NCBI GenBank assembly: GCA_017462545.1 | Contig: JAFTQX010000001.1 | Span: 2,380 to 66,379 of the forward strand | DNA from: Clostridia bacterium | GTDB lineage: Bacteria > Bacillota > Clostridia > Oscillospirales > CAG-272 | Direction: 5' to 3' | DNA: 64,000 nucleotides | In this document: positions 25,902-34,026 of the stretch, one piece after another | Position numbering within the stretch: the stretch's first letter is position 1 | Layout: each line of letters begins with the position of its first letter | Made by a program: the position numbers and the translations under genes | The notes under the pieces: model-generated | The model's input: only the letters and a program-made list of their open reading frames with translations | Database searches by the model: none | What the model was told of the DNA's origin: nothing

Positions 25902-27953
25902 ATGAATCGTTCGTCACGTCTGCCCGAATTGCTTGCCCCTGCCGGCTCCCCCGAGGCGCTTCGCGCCGCGGTGGCCGCAGGGGCTGATGCCGTTTATCTT
26001 GGCGGCAGCGGCTTTAACGCGCGGGCAAACGCGGTGAATTTTGATGAAAATGCCATGGCCGAGGCAGTTGCGTATTGCCACGCCTACGGTGTGAAGGTAT
26101 ATGTCACCCTTAACACGCTGCTCTACGATCGTGAATTAGAGGCGTTTCTTTCCTATGCCGCCACGCTGTACCGCCTGGGGGTGGATGCCGTGATCGTGGC
26201 AGATCGCGGTGCGATGCGTTTGCTCTCTCGCTATATTCCCGCCTTGCCCGTGCACGCCAGCACGCAGGCCTCCGCGCATTCGGTAGCGGGGGTGGATGAT
26301 TTGGTTGCGCTTGGGGCGACCCGTGTGGTGCCCGCGCGTGAGCTCTCGCTTGCCGATATTCGCACGGTGGTGGCGCAGTCAAAGGCCGAGATCGAGGTCT
26401 TCTTGCACGGCGCGCTTTGCGTGTCTTACTCCGGGCAATGCCTCTTTTCCTCGCTGGTTGGTGGTCGCAGCGGCAACCGTGGCGAATGTGCCCAGCCCTG
26501 CCGTCTGCCCTATAACGGTGCCTATCCCATCAGCCTCAAGGACTTGTCGCTTGCCGACCACATTCCCGCCTTGATCGATAGCGGCGTGGCCTCGCTGAAG
26601 ATCGAGGGGCGCATGAAAAGCCCTGCCTACGTTTACGGCGTGACCGAGATCTACCGCCGCCTGCTGGACGAGGGCCGTGCCGCCACGCGGGAGGAAAATC
26701 ATCGCTTGCGGGAGCTGTTTTCTCGCGGCGGCTTTACCGATGGCTATTTTGTTGGCCGCGCGGGGAAACCGATGACAGGCACCCGCTCCGAGCAGGATAA
26801 GGCGGATAGTCGTGCCTTGGGCGAGCTCTCGTTCCCCGAACGAAAAATACCGCTTCGCGGCGAGGTCTGTATCGCAGAAGGGCAACCTGCCGCCTTGACC
26901 CTTTCTACAGCAGATGGGCGCACCGCCCATGTAACGGGAGATATCCCCGCTGCGGCAAAAAACGCCCCCTTGACCGAAGAAGGGCTTCGCGATCGGCTTT
27001 GCCGCATGGGCGGCACGCCCTTTTCACTTGCCCCGTCTGATCTCTGCGTGACGCTCTCTCCCGGGCTGAATCTTTCACCCGGGGCCATCAACGCCCTGCG
27101 CCGTGCGGCACTTGCCTCCTTTACCGCGCCAAACGAGGCGCGTGCCACCTTTGCCTTGCCGCAGGGGGCGGGCCGCCCTGTTCCTGCTAAACAGATTGAA
27201 AAGCCCCTGCGCACCGCGCTGTTCTATTCCCACCGTCAATCGGACGCGATCGGGGAAGGGCTTCTCTATTTTGATCTCTTCTTTCTCCCGCTTGATGAAT
27301 GGGAGAGGGCCATGCTGCCGCCAAGCGGCGTGTATATTCCCCCCATCGTGCACGACCACGAGCTGAAAGAGGTGCTTGCCCTGCTGAAAAAGGCGTACGA
27401 CGCCGGCATACGCTATGCCCTGTGCGGCAACGCGGGTATGGTCAAGGCTGCCAAGGAGATCGGCTTTGCCGTGATAGGCGACTTCCGCCTGAACGTGACA
27501 AACCGGGAAAGTGCCGCCGCCCTGCGTGAAGCGGGACTCTTTTCCTGCGTTCTCTCGCCGGAGCTTGCCATGCCGCAGCTGCGCGATATCGGTTGGGGCA
27601 ATGCGATCGTGTACGGTCGCATCCCGCTGATGCTGACAGAGCGCTGCTTTATGAAGGAGAATTTTGGCTGCGAACGATGCGGCAACGCCGCACTCACTGA
27701 CCGCCGTGCGGTGAAATTTCCCATGCTACGGGAATACCCGCACCGCAACCTCATCTGCAATAGTCTGCCCACCTATATGGGTGATAAAAGGGCTGCGCTT
27801 GATGCCATTGCACCGATTGGTGAGCACTTCATTTTTACGATTGAAACCGAAAAAGAGGCTACCCGTGTGTTGCAAGCCTACCGTGCGGGCAGCCCGCTCG
27901 CGGGAGAGGTGCGGCGCATTGCCGCTGCCCCGCAAAAGGAGAAAAGGACATGA
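25902..27953 (+). CDS. Peptidase U32 family protein (long form)
   Basis: 683 aa with U32 signature EVFLHGALCVSYSGQCLFS. Confidence 0.85.
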   Translation: MNRSSRLPELLAPAGSPEALRAAVAAGADAVYLGGSGFNARANAVNFDENAMAEAVAYCHAYGVKVYVTLNTLLYDRELEAFLSYAATLYRLGVDAVIVADRGAMRLLSRYIPALPVHASTQASAHSVAGVDDLVALGATRVVPARELSLADIRTVVAQSKAEIEVFLHGALCVSYSGQCLFSSLVGGRSGNRGECAQPCRLPYNGAYPISLKDLSLADHIPALIDSGVASLKIEGRMKSPAYVYGVTEIYRRLLDEGRAATREENHRLRELFSRGGFTDGYFVGRAGKPMTGTRSEQDKADSRALGELSFPERKIPLRGEVCIAEGQPAALTLSTADGRTAHVTGDIPAAAKNAPLTEEGLRDRLCRMGGTPFSLAPSDLCVTLSPGLNLSPGAINALRRAALASFTAPNEARATFALPQGAGRPVPAKQIEKPLRTALFYSHRQSDAIGEGLLYFDLFFLPLDEWERAMLPPSGVYIPPIVHDHELKEVLALLKKAYDAGIRYALCGNAGMVKAAKEIGFAVIGDFRLNVTNRESAAALREAGLFSCVLSPELAMPQLRDIGWGNAIVYGRIPLMLTERCFMKENFGCERCGNAALTDRRAVKFPMLREYPHRNLICNSLPTYMGDKRAALDAIAPIGEHFIFTIETEKEATRVLQAYRAGSPLAGEVRRIAAAPQKEKRT

Positions 27954-28546
27954 GCGACTACCGTTTTCATCTTCTGCAAGGGGCATCCTTGATCCTTGCC
28001 TCTGCCTCGCCCCGCCGTCGTGAGTTGCTATCCGCCATGGGGCTTACCTTTTCCGTTTGCCCCTGCGATGTAGACGAGAGCGTGCCGCAGGGCATGCACC
28101 CCGCCGAGGCGGTTGTGCTGCTTGCCCGCCGCAAGGCAGAGGCGGTGGCCGCGCTTCATCCCGATGCTATCATTCTTGCCTCGGATACGCTGGTCGAAAT
28201 CGACGCGCTGCCGCTTGGTAAGCCGCAGGACAAGGGGGATGCCGTGCGTACGCTGATGCGCCTCTCCGGCAATGAGCATCGCGTGCATTCCGGTGTGGCT
28301 GTGATCTACCGCGGACGTGCTCTTGCGGAAAAGGATACCACCCGTGTGTTCATGCGCCCCTTTGACGAGGAGGAGGCACGCGCCTATGTGCAGACGGGCG
28401 AGCCGATGGATAAGGCCGGTGCCTACGGCATTCAAGGCCTTGGCGGTCGTCTCGTTGACCGTATTGAGGGGTGCTATGATACCGTAGTCGGTCTGCCTAC
28501 TCGTCTTGTGGACGATATGCTTTGCCGTCTTGTGGAGATTTCTTGA
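27950..28546 (+). CDS. maf: Maf-like nucleoside triphosphate pyrophosphatase
   Basis: 198 aa with LILASASPRRRELL and KAGAYGIQG motifs. ATGA overlaps at both ends. Confidence 0.85.
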   Translation: MSDYRFHLLQGASLILASASPRRRELLSAMGLTFSVCPCDVDESVPQGMHPAEAVVLLARRKAEAVAALHPDAIILASDTLVEIDALPLGKPQDKGDAVRTLMRLSGNEHRVHSGVAVIYRGRALAEKDTTRVFMRPFDEEEARAYVQTGEPMDKAGAYGIQGLGGRLVDRIEGCYDTVVGLPTRLVDDMLCRLVEIS

Positions 28547-29214
28547 TGAAAGCTTTGACCAAAACCGAAAAAAAACAGCGCATGGCCGCCATTATTGAGC
28601 GATTGAAGCAACGCTATCCGGAGGCGACCTGTGCGCTGGAATATGAAGGTGACCCGTGGCGGCTGCTCGTGATGGGCAGACTTTCCGCCCAATGCACCGA
28701 TGCGCGCGTGAATATCGCCTGCCGCGATCTCTTTGCCCACTTTCCAACTGCCAAGGCACTTGCCGACGCGCCGCTTGCGGCGGTAGAGGAGGATATCCGC
28801 TCTTGTGGGCTTTACCATGTTAAGGCGCAGAATATCATAGACGCCTCTCGCATGCTGGTAGAGGAATATCACGGCATTTTGCCAAACAGCATGGAGGAGC
28901 TTTTGCGTTTTCCCGGTGTGGGGCGCAAGGTGGCTAACCTGCTGCTGGGGGATATTTATCATCAGCCTGCTGTGGTGACTGACACACATTGCATCCGCAT
29001 TTGTGGGCGCTTGGGGATGTATCCGGAGAGCGAAAAGAATCCACCGAGGATCGAAAACATTCTCGCCGCGCTGATCGAGCCATGCGAGCAGTCTGACTTT
29101 TGCCATCGCATTGTGCATTTTGGACGTGAGGTCTGCACGGCACGCTCACCCGCCTGCGAGGGCTGCGAGCTTGCCGATCTTTGCCGCCATGCCGAGGCGC
29201 AAAAAGCGCGTTAG
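28546..29214 (+). CDS. nth: Endonuclease III
   Basis: Start moved to ATG 28546 (ATGA overlap with maf). HhH-GPD block LLRFPGVGRKVANLLLG and FeS cluster loop CTARSPACEGCELADLC. Confidence 0.9.
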   Translation: MKALTKTEKKQRMAAIIERLKQRYPEATCALEYEGDPWRLLVMGRLSAQCTDARVNIACRDLFAHFPTAKALADAPLAAVEEDIRSCGLYHVKAQNIIDASRMLVEEYHGILPNSMEELLRFPGVGRKVANLLLGDIYHQPAVVTDTHCIRICGRLGMYPESEKNPPRIENILAALIEPCEQSDFCHRIVHFGREVCTARSPACEGCELADLCRHAEAQKAR

Positions 29215-29246
29215 GCGGCACCCGTGTGTTGCGCAAGGAGGGAAAT

Positions 29247-29858
29247 ATGACCGAAAAATTAAAAATAGACCGTCCTGTGATCGTGGAAGGGAAGTATGAT
29301 AAGATCACCCTCTCTGCGGTGCTGGATGCGCATATTATTCCCACGGGTGGCTTTTCCATCTTCAATCAAAAGGAAAAGCTGGCACTCATTCGCCGCTTGG
29401 GCGAGGAGAGAGGTGTCATTGTGCTGACGGATAGTGACGGCGCGGGCAAGCTGATCCGCGCGCATCTTTCGTCTGCGTTGCCAAAGGATAAGATCATTCA
29501 TCTGTACACCCCTGCCATCGCGGGGAAGGAAAGCCGCAAAAAAGCCCCCTCCAAGGAAGGCCTGCTTGGGGTCGAGGGGATGGAGGCTGCCCGCCTGCGT
29601 GAGATCTTTGCCCCCTTTGCGATTGGCGGGGAGGCGAAAAGACCGCGCGGCCGCGCCGTAGAAAAGCGGGATTTTTATGCCGATGGGCTCTCCGGTGGCG
29701 CAGGTGCTGCCGAGAAGCGAGAGCGGCTTGCCGCGCACTTTTCGTTGCCGCGCGGCATGTCGGCAAACGCCCTTCTTGAGGCAATCAATCTGCTCTACGA
29801 TTATGATGCATACCGCGCCGCGCTGGATGCGGGTGGGGAAGATGTGGAAACTTTTTGA
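29247..29858 (+). CDS. Toprim domain protein (DUF4093 / RNase M5-like)
   Basis: Start moved to ATG 29247 (SD AAGGAGG). VIVEGKYDKITL...VIVLTDSDGAGKLIR is a Toprim E...DxD pattern. The last six codons and the stop lie inside palindromic repeat copy A. Confidence 0.6.
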   Translation: MTEKLKIDRPVIVEGKYDKITLSAVLDAHIIPTGGFSIFNQKEKLALIRRLGEERGVIVLTDSDGAGKLIRAHLSSALPKDKIIHLYTPAIAGKESRKKAPSKEGLLGVEGMEAARLREIFAPFAIGGEAKRPRGRAVEKRDFYADGLSGGAGAAEKRERLAAHFSLPRGMSANALLEAINLLYDYDAYRAALDAGGEDVETF

Positions 29859-29877
29859 AAAAAGTTTCCACATCTTC
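29838..29877 (+). repeat. Palindromic gene-3'-end element, type 1, copy A (40-nt perfect palindrome)
   Basis: GAAGATGTGGAAACTTTTTGAAAAAAGTTTCCACATCTTC. The TGA at 29856-29858 in its centre is the stop of the Toprim gene. Confidence 0.8.
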
Positions 29878-29999
29878 AAAAACTTTGGGGATTTTTTCTG
29901 TGATAAGCGAGAGGTATTTTTCTACACGATTTAACCGCGGGTAACCCATTTCGTTCTCGCGAAATTGGCACCGAAAAAGAGTAAAAAGGGGAGAAACGT

Positions 30000-30920
30000 A
30001 TGGATTTTTTGCATTGGTTGGCCGGCATCCGCAATCCTGTGCTGGATGCGTTTTTTGGCGCGATCACATACCTTGGCAGCGAGATGGGGCTGATCGCCAT
30101 TGGGCTGCTGTTCTTTTGGTGTATTGGAAAAAAACAGGGCTATTACGTTCTGTTTGTGGGCTTTACCGGCACCATTTTTAATCAGTTTTTCAAGCTCTTG
30201 TTCCGCGTAGAGCGCCCCTGGGTGCTGGATCCCTCCTTCAAGCCGGTTGAATCGGCGATTGGTGATGCCGGTGGATTTTCCTTCCCCAGCGGTCACACGC
30301 AGGCATCGGTTGGGCTGTTTGGCTCGATGCTGTTTATCCTGCGCCGTCGGTGGCTGCGCATTTTGTGCGTGGTGATGATGGTTTTGGTGCCCTTTTCTCG
30401 GATGTATCTTGGTGTGCATACCCCGGCAGATGTCTGTTTCTCGTTTGGCCTTGCTATTTTGCTCGTGTTTGTATTTTATTATGTGCTCGAAAAGGCATGG
30501 GGCAGCCACAAGCGCATGGCTGTGTTGTTTGGCACGGTGATCGCGCTGTCGGTGGCCTACCTTCTCTATGTGTTGCTTTTCCCGTTCCCGGCAGACATGA
30601 ATGCCGCCAACCTCGACTCCGGGCGTAAAAATGCCTTTACGCTGCTCGGCTCGCTGCTTGGCATCGCGTTGGTGTATTTCCTTGACGAGAAATATTTGCA
30701 CTTTGATGTGCGCGCGCCGTTGCCCGGGCAGATCCTCAAGCTGGTGCTGGGGGCTGCGATCGTTCTTGGCATCAAGTCGCTCCTCAAGGCGCCCCTGACC
30801 GCGCTGGTGGGGAACGATCTGCAAAACACCCTGCGCTACTTTATTTTGGTGGTGTTTGCCGGTGCCGTGTGGCCGCTGACCTTCCGCTTCTTTGCAAAAA
30901 TTGGTGCGAAAAAGGAATAA
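30000..30920 (+). CDS. PAP2 family phosphatase (membrane)
   Basis: 306 aa with motifs KLLFRVERPW, FPSGHT and SRMYLGVHTPADV. Confidence 0.85.
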   Translation: MDFLHWLAGIRNPVLDAFFGAITYLGSEMGLIAIGLLFFWCIGKKQGYYVLFVGFTGTIFNQFFKLLFRVERPWVLDPSFKPVESAIGDAGGFSFPSGHTQASVGLFGSMLFILRRRWLRILCVVMMVLVPFSRMYLGVHTPADVCFSFGLAILLVFVFYYVLEKAWGSHKRMAVLFGTVIALSVAYLLYVLLFPFPADMNAANLDSGRKNAFTLLGSLLGIALVYFLDEKYLHFDVRAPLPGQILKLVLGAAIVLGIKSLLKAPLTALVGNDLQNTLRYFILVVFAGAVWPLTFRFFAKIGAKKE

Positions 30921-30922
30921 AG

Positions 30923-30949
30923 AAAACAGCCGCGAAAGCGGCTGTTTTT
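30923..30949. terminator. Bidirectional terminator
   Basis: AAAACAGCCGC-GAAA-GCGGCTGTTTTT between the convergent PAP2 and alaX-like genes. Confidence 0.75.
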
Positions 30950-30951
30950 CT

Positions 30952-32106
30952 TTATAGGGATTTTTCAAAAAATGCGGTCACTTGTTCCTTTTCGGCCGTG
31001 CTGCTGCCCTGTAACAGGTCGTCCGTTCCGCCGCCGCGTGCAGCAAGTGCCTCGCGGATAGCGGCAGCCTTTTCACGCAGCCTGATCTGCTGGGAGGCGA
31101 TCATAAACCGATACCCCCCGCCCGCCGGGAAGAAGACGGCGCATACGCCATCTGCCCGCTCAGCGCCGCCAAGGGCGATCTTACGCGCCATCAGCTCATC
31201 GTTTTCCGTCAGAAAATACAGGATATTTCCTGCGGCATTGGGGGAGAGAGAGGCGACACGCGCCTCGGCCAGCTCGCGTGATAGGGCGGTGGCGTTTGCC
31301 TTTTTCTCTTCAAATTCGGCAAGCAGACGGTCAACACCGGCGGCACATTCCGCCTGCGGCACCGACAGGGCGCGGGAAACGGCAGATACCTCGCGGTATT
31401 TTTCGCGGTAGTCAAGCAACGCGCGTTTGCCCGCTGCCAGCCAAATACGGACACCACCCTTGTAATGGATGAAATCCAGCAGCTTGATCAGCCCGATCTC
31501 TCCCGTTCTTGCGACGTGCGGCGCACAGCAGGCACAGCAATCGTACCCCTCAATGGTGACAATGCGCACCTCGCCCGAAAGCTCCTTTTTCGAGCGGTAG
31601 TCAAGCGTGGCCAGCTGCTCTTTGGTTGGATATTCGCACAAAATCGGCAGGTTATGCCAGATCGCCTCGTTTGCCTGCTCCTCCACACGGTCAAGCTGCT
31701 CGCGGTCAAGCACGCCGTTAAAATCTAACGTCGTCTCGGTCTCTCCCAGGTGAAAGCCCACATTATCAAGCCCGTAGAGCGCATGCACCAGCCCAGAGAC
31801 AATGTGCTCGCCGCTGTGGTTTTGCATGCGATCATAGCGAAGCGCGAAATCAATGTGGCAGGGGTATGCCGCGCCGATCTCGCATGGCAGGTCGGTCAGG
31901 TGAAGGATCTCTCCCCCCTCCTCCTGCGTGTCACGCACGGGAATGTGCCCGATGCTGCCGCTGTCACCGCTCTGGCCACCTCCCTCGGGGAAAAAGGCGG
32001 TGCGGTCAAGCAGCACGGCGTAGCCGTCCCCGTAGGAACGGCAATCGGTTACCACCGCTTCAAAGGAGGATACATATGCGTTTTTATCATATAAGCGATC
32101 TGTCAT
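30952..32106 (-). CDS. Alanyl-tRNA editing protein (AlaX-L type, with DHHA1-like C-terminus)
   Basis: 384 aa with zinc/editing motifs HSGEHIVSG and CCACCAPH. The N-terminus MTDRLYDKNAYVSSFEAVV is typical of AlaX. Confidence 0.75.
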   Translation of the reverse strand: MTDRLYDKNAYVSSFEAVVTDCRSYGDGYAVLLDRTAFFPEGGGQSGDSGSIGHIPVRDTQEEGGEILHLTDLPCEIGAAYPCHIDFALRYDRMQNHSGEHIVSGLVHALYGLDNVGFHLGETETTLDFNGVLDREQLDRVEEQANEAIWHNLPILCEYPTKEQLATLDYRSKKELSGEVRIVTIEGYDCCACCAPHVARTGEIGLIKLLDFIHYKGGVRIWLAAGKRALLDYREKYREVSAVSRALSVPQAECAAGVDRLLAEFEEKKANATALSRELAEARVASLSPNAAGNILYFLTENDELMARKIALGGAERADGVCAVFFPAGGGYRFMIASQQIRLREKAAAIREALAARGGGTDDLLQGSSTAEKEQVTAFFEKSL

Positions 32107-32115
32107 AGGGCCTCC

Positions 32116-32982
32116 TTATACAAGCGAGAGTAGTGTGCCCAAGCCCGTTACATCTACAAGAATGCCAATTGCCACACCAATGGTGTAGAGGGTCAGCAGG
32201 ATCAGCAGGTTTTCCTTTAGGTGTCTGTTGACACGGAAGAGGACGAGCAGACCAACCCCCGCGCCAACCAGCAGCCCCGAAAGCATCGCGCCAAGCGACA
32301 GCGCACCGGCAAGGTGCAGCTCTGTCAGAATGACCGAGGCGGCGCAGTTGGGAATCAGACCGATCAGGCCCGCCAGCAGCGAGCCGAGCACGGGACGGTT
32401 GAGCACAAGCGAGGCAAGCGTTTCTTCGCCCACCAGCTCGATGATGATGCCGAGCGCAAAGGTGGCAAGCAGAATAAAGCCCGCTACCTGCAGCGTGTGA
32501 AAAAGGGCAGAGAGAAAAACGCTTTTTCCCTCGCAATGGCAGCCCTCCGCACGGCAAAGCTCTTCTACATGCTCCTCCTTTTTGGGGCGATAGAGCAGGT
32601 CTACAACAAAGCCGATCAGTACAGCAACCGCCGCCTTGGTGCCGATCAAGGCCAGCACGGAGGGTAGCGGCAGCTGCTTGGAAAGCAGAATGGGCAGCAT
32701 CTCGTCCGAGGTGGAGAGAAAGACAGCCAGCATGGTGCCAAGGCTCACGATTCGTCCCGCATACAGCGAGGCGGCCGCAGCTGAGAAGCCGCATTGCGGC
32801 AGCATACCAAGCAAGCCGCCTGCCAAGGGCCCTACGCGGCCCGAGCGGCGGATCAGCGCATTCACGCGATCACCCGCCTTATGCTCCAGCAGCTCCATGA
32901 GTAGATAGGTCAGATATAAAAAGGGAAGCAGCGGTAGGGTGTCCTTGACCGCGTGCAGTAATGCATGAAAAATAAAGGTCAA
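32116..32982 (-). CDS. Putative metal efflux permease (ArsP_2 / putative manganese exporter-like)
   Basis: 288 aa, about 8-10 TM with a central His/Cys/Glu-rich loop EEHVEELCRAEGCHCEG. Sits 5 nt downstream of the Fur-family gene. Confidence 0.5.
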   Translation of the reverse strand: MTFIFHALLHAVKDTLPLLPFLYLTYLLMELLEHKAGDRVNALIRRSGRVGPLAGGLLGMLPQCGFSAAAASLYAGRIVSLGTMLAVFLSTSDEMLPILLSKQLPLPSVLALIGTKAAVAVLIGFVVDLLYRPKKEEHVEELCRAEGCHCEGKSVFLSALFHTLQVAGFILLATFALGIIIELVGEETLASLVLNRPVLGSLLAGLIGLIPNCAASVILTELHLAGALSLGAMLSGLLVGAGVGLLVLFRVNRHLKENLLILLTLYTIGVAIGILVDVTGLGTLLSLV

Positions 32983-32987
32983 ATTCG

Positions 32988-33392
32988 TTACTCCTTTCCT
33001 GCGGCCGCGCAGGCATCACACCGCCCAAACAGCAGCGTGCGGCTATCGTCTAAATAAAATTGGTTATGTGTGAGCAGCGTGCCGGCAAACAGGCGAGAAA
33101 TCTCCTCGCTCAGGTGGATCACCCTGCCGCAAACGGTGCAGCGCAGATGCAGGTGGCTGTGGCATTCCTTGCGCTCTAAATATTGGTAGGTATAGCCGCG
33201 CCCCTCTTCACGCGCGTAGCGGCGAATAGCCCCCTCCTCGGTCAGGCGGGCAACCAAGCGGTAGACCGTGCTTTTGCCGACGCCACATTCGGTCATCACG
33301 GCACCGAGCTCCTCCAGCGTGAAGGCGCGGTCGGCATGCGAGGAAAGATAGGTCAAGAGCAGCTTTTTCTGTTCTGTCTGATATCCCTTCAT
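32988..33392 (-). CDS. Fur family transcriptional regulator
   Basis: 134 aa with a winged HTH (KSTVYRLVARLTEEGAIRRY) and two CxxC pairs (CTVCGRV, CDACAA). SD AAGGAGG. Confidence 0.85.
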   Translation of the reverse strand: MKGYQTEQKKLLLTYLSSHADRAFTLEELGAVMTECGVGKSTVYRLVARLTEEGAIRRYAREEGRGYTYQYLERKECHSHLHLRCTVCGRVIHLSEEISRLFAGTLLTHNQFYLDDSRTLLFGRCDACAAAGKE

Positions 33393-33421
33393 GACGGCCT
33401 CCTTTTTGAAAAGTCTTCGTT

Positions 33422-33450
33422 ATTATACGCCTACTTTTCACGTTTGTCAA
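33422..33450 (-). promoter_or_regulatory. Promoter of the fur-family/metal exporter operon
   Basis: On the minus strand: TTGACA (33450-33445), 17-nt spacer, TATAAT (33427-33422). Confidence 0.65.
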
Positions 33451-33452
33451 TA

Positions 33453-33491
33453 GAATTTGAAAATAATTCTCAAATTCATTCTCGAAAATGA
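33453..33491. promoter_or_regulatory. AT-rich palindromes just upstream of the fur promoter (candidate Fur-family operator)
   Basis: GAATTTGAAAAT-A-ATTCTCAAATTC at 33453-33477 (11/12 arms), containing the 7-1-7 repeat TGAAAATaATTCTCA at 33458-33472. A second imperfect repeat TCATTCTCGAAAATGA lies at 33476-33491. Confidence 0.4.
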
Positions 33492-33619
33492 AAGAATTTA
33501 CAAACCGGGGGGAAAAAGACAAAAATCGTTCTTTTTGCGAAGAAAAGGACGATGAAAAAATTGAAAAAAACAGGTTTTTTCAAAAAATCGTGCAAGTTGC
33601 ACAATTGGGACATGTGTGG

Positions 33620-33742
33620 GTTTTCCACAGGTCAGGCTGTTGAAACTGTTGAAAACTGCCCGTTACAGCAAAACAACTGTGTAAAATCAGGGCAAAAGGA
33701 GGTCGGTTTTCAACATTTTCAACAGCCACATCGGTTGAAAAC
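33620..33742. promoter_or_regulatory. Array of six GTTTTCAACAG / CTGTTGAAAAC motifs (DnaA-box-like)
   Basis: Motifs at 33620-33630, 33637-33646, 33646-33656, 33706-33715, 33716-33725 and 33734-33742. The 21-nt arms 33636-33656 and 33706-33726 are 20/21 complementary. TTTTCCACA (33621-33629) fits TTWTNCACA. Confidence 0.5.
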
Positions 33743-33899
33743 TTTTTTGCGAATTTTTGTTTTTTCTACACATTGCCCTCTTGACAAAATCGGCTGTCTG
33801 TGACGGGTGGTAAAATTTGCGAAGTATTACCTAGACGGAAAAATTGCCTTTCGGCATTCTGTACAAAAACGCGGGGAAAAGTTTGGCGGTTTTCCCATC

Positions 33900-33928
33900 T
33901 AGACAATTTTTTACAAAGGGTGTATAAT
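33900..33928 (+). promoter_or_regulatory. Candidate promoter of giant esterase gene 2
   Basis: TAGACA 33900-33905 (5/6), 17-nt spacer, TATAAT 33923-33928. Leaves a ~95-nt AT-rich leader. Confidence 0.5.
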
Positions 33929-34026
33929 AATATGTAAATAAAAGTCAGTTCCCGGGCAAATAAAGCATGGAATTGCATTTTTTATTTATGATAAAATAAG
34001 TGAAAACACATGAAAGGATCAAATCA

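Noticed and set aside
33552-33803. 83-aa ORF (MKKLKKTGFFKKSCKLHNWDMCGFSTGQAVETVENC...).
   Set aside because: It has no SD and is a read-through of the TGTTGAAAAC motif array (the VETVEN / FQHFQQ strings). This is a typical repeat-derived artefact.
33393-34026. Chromosomal replication origin (an AT-rich 634-bp spacer with DnaA-box-like motifs).
   Set aside because: No dnaA, dnaN or rpmH is nearby, only one motif matches the DnaA box exactly, and the flanking genes are a Fur-family regulator and an accessory esterase. It is reported only as a motif array.
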